DNA from: a virus
Lineage: Duplodnaviria; Caudoviricetes
DNA: 63,112 bases
Reading direction: 5' to 3' (one strand)
Virus record (IMG/VR): IMGVR_UViG_3300044988_000895
Coordinates: 1 to 63,112 of that record
Shown in pieces: positions 62,304 through 63,112 of the stretch. Within the stretch, counting starts at the first letter, position 1. Every line of letters begins with the position of its first letter. The notes beneath the pieces are model-generated. The model did no database searches and had not been told where the DNA came from. It saw only the letters and a list, made by a program, of their open reading frames with translations. Made by a program: the position numbers and the translations under genes.

Positions 62304-63112
62304 ATGAATAATTTTAGCTTTAAACAATTCATAGAAAACAAAGATCTTAACGAAGTTGGACAACATGTCTTTCCAGATGATAAAAACGATCCCACTTACA
62401 ATAAACCATTTCATAACAGTACTGTAAAACAAGTAGAAGATGGTGGATATGCAGATACTGAAAATAAATTTTCTAGTGACATGCCTGTATTTAAAATTAA
62501 AAGTATAAAAAATGGAATTGAAGTCGAATTAGGCGGAATGATAAAAAGTAGACTTCTTACAGTTAGTGGTGCTGGTCATAATACTGATCCACGAACTGGA
62601 CAGGGGATGAATCAAGGTGGACAGTCTTTCGATTACAAATATGATAAACCCAAGGAAACCATATGGCCAAATCATCCCGATATAACAGGTTTTTATAAGG
62701 GAATTGGAAAAGATGGCACATCTAATCGTTTTGATTCTTTGCATAATCCCAAACCACAAGAAACCAATTACACCATTGATATTATTTTAAAAAGCATGAT
62801 GAAAGTTGCTGCTCAAATAATCATTGATAATCATCAATACAATCGAATTATAAGTTTTAAGCCTGTTTTTGATTGGCTACAAAATCCACGCAAAGATCGG
62901 CCAGAGTTTGAAACTAGAATTGCCTTGATGTACACCACTTTGGACAAAGGTCTTAAGATGATTATTAGGGAAGCAAGCAAAAAAATCAATACTGGCGATA
63001 AAAAATATACCTTAGAAAAAGTTGGACACGACATACACATATCTTCAGGAAGCCCTCTTGACCTTCGATTAGATAAAAATACAGATGATTATGATAAGGC
63101 TATAGCTGGCGA
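62304..63112 (+). CDS. Protein with capsid-targeting-like N-terminus (runs off right edge)
   Basis: Not in ORF track; AAGGA SD, MNNFSFKQFIENKDLNE, open to end by hand translation. Confidence 0.8.
   Translation, partial: MNNFSFKQFIENKDLNEVGQHVFPDDKNDPTYNKPFHNSTVKQVEDGGYADTENKFSSDMPVFKIKSIKNGIEVELGGMIKSRLLTVSGAGHNTDPRTGQGMNQGGQSFDYKYDKPKETIWPNHPDITGFYKGIGKDGTSNRFDSLHNPKPQETNYTIDIILKSMMKVAAQIIIDNHQYNRIISFKPVFDWLQNPRKDRPEFETRIALMYTTLDKGLKMIIREASKKINTGDKKYTLEKVGHDIHISSGSPLDLRLDKNTDDYDKAIAG

Noticed and set aside
1-63112. Genome-wide stop-codon reassignment (code 4/15/25)
   Set aside because: Long genes are intact in code 11 and TGA and TAG end genes at tight junctions (ATGA overlaps; TAG at 13796, 30910)

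Overview
AT-rich fragment of a large (probably jumbo) contractile-tailed, T4-like myophage; genetic code 11 (TAA, TAG and TGA all terminate genes). Left half (1-31.5 kb, minus strand) is a virion morphogenesis operon: gp2-like DNA end protector, a 3980-aa repeat-built tape-measure-like protein, baseplate module (tube initiator-like, gp53/LysM-like, hub, gp5/VgrG-like spike, gp25, gp6/J-like, gp7/I-like), then three paralogous PKD-domain proteins, the last with a long Pro/Thr/Ile repeat running off the left edge. A SET-domain gene and a nucleoside 2-deoxyribosyltransferase-like gene are embedded in it. Right half is accessory: many genes opening with T4-like capsid-targeting motifs (F-x-E/Q-F/W-L-x-E), among them a motif-degenerate CCA-adding-like enzyme, a SNF2 ATPase, a zincin, a PD-(D/E)xK-like nuclease and an ART-like domain; a tRNA-Thr(UGU) lacking encoded CCA; scattered glycan-modifying enzymes; ClpP; a secreted-protein gene with an in-frame UGA followed by a small hairpin; a head-to-tail array of four HNH-AP2 endonucleases with exact 560-bp spacing; and three beta-class DNA methyltransferases. 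All 14 Pro-Gly codon pairs inspected avoid CCWGG. Family calls come from motif recognition by eye; no searches were run.
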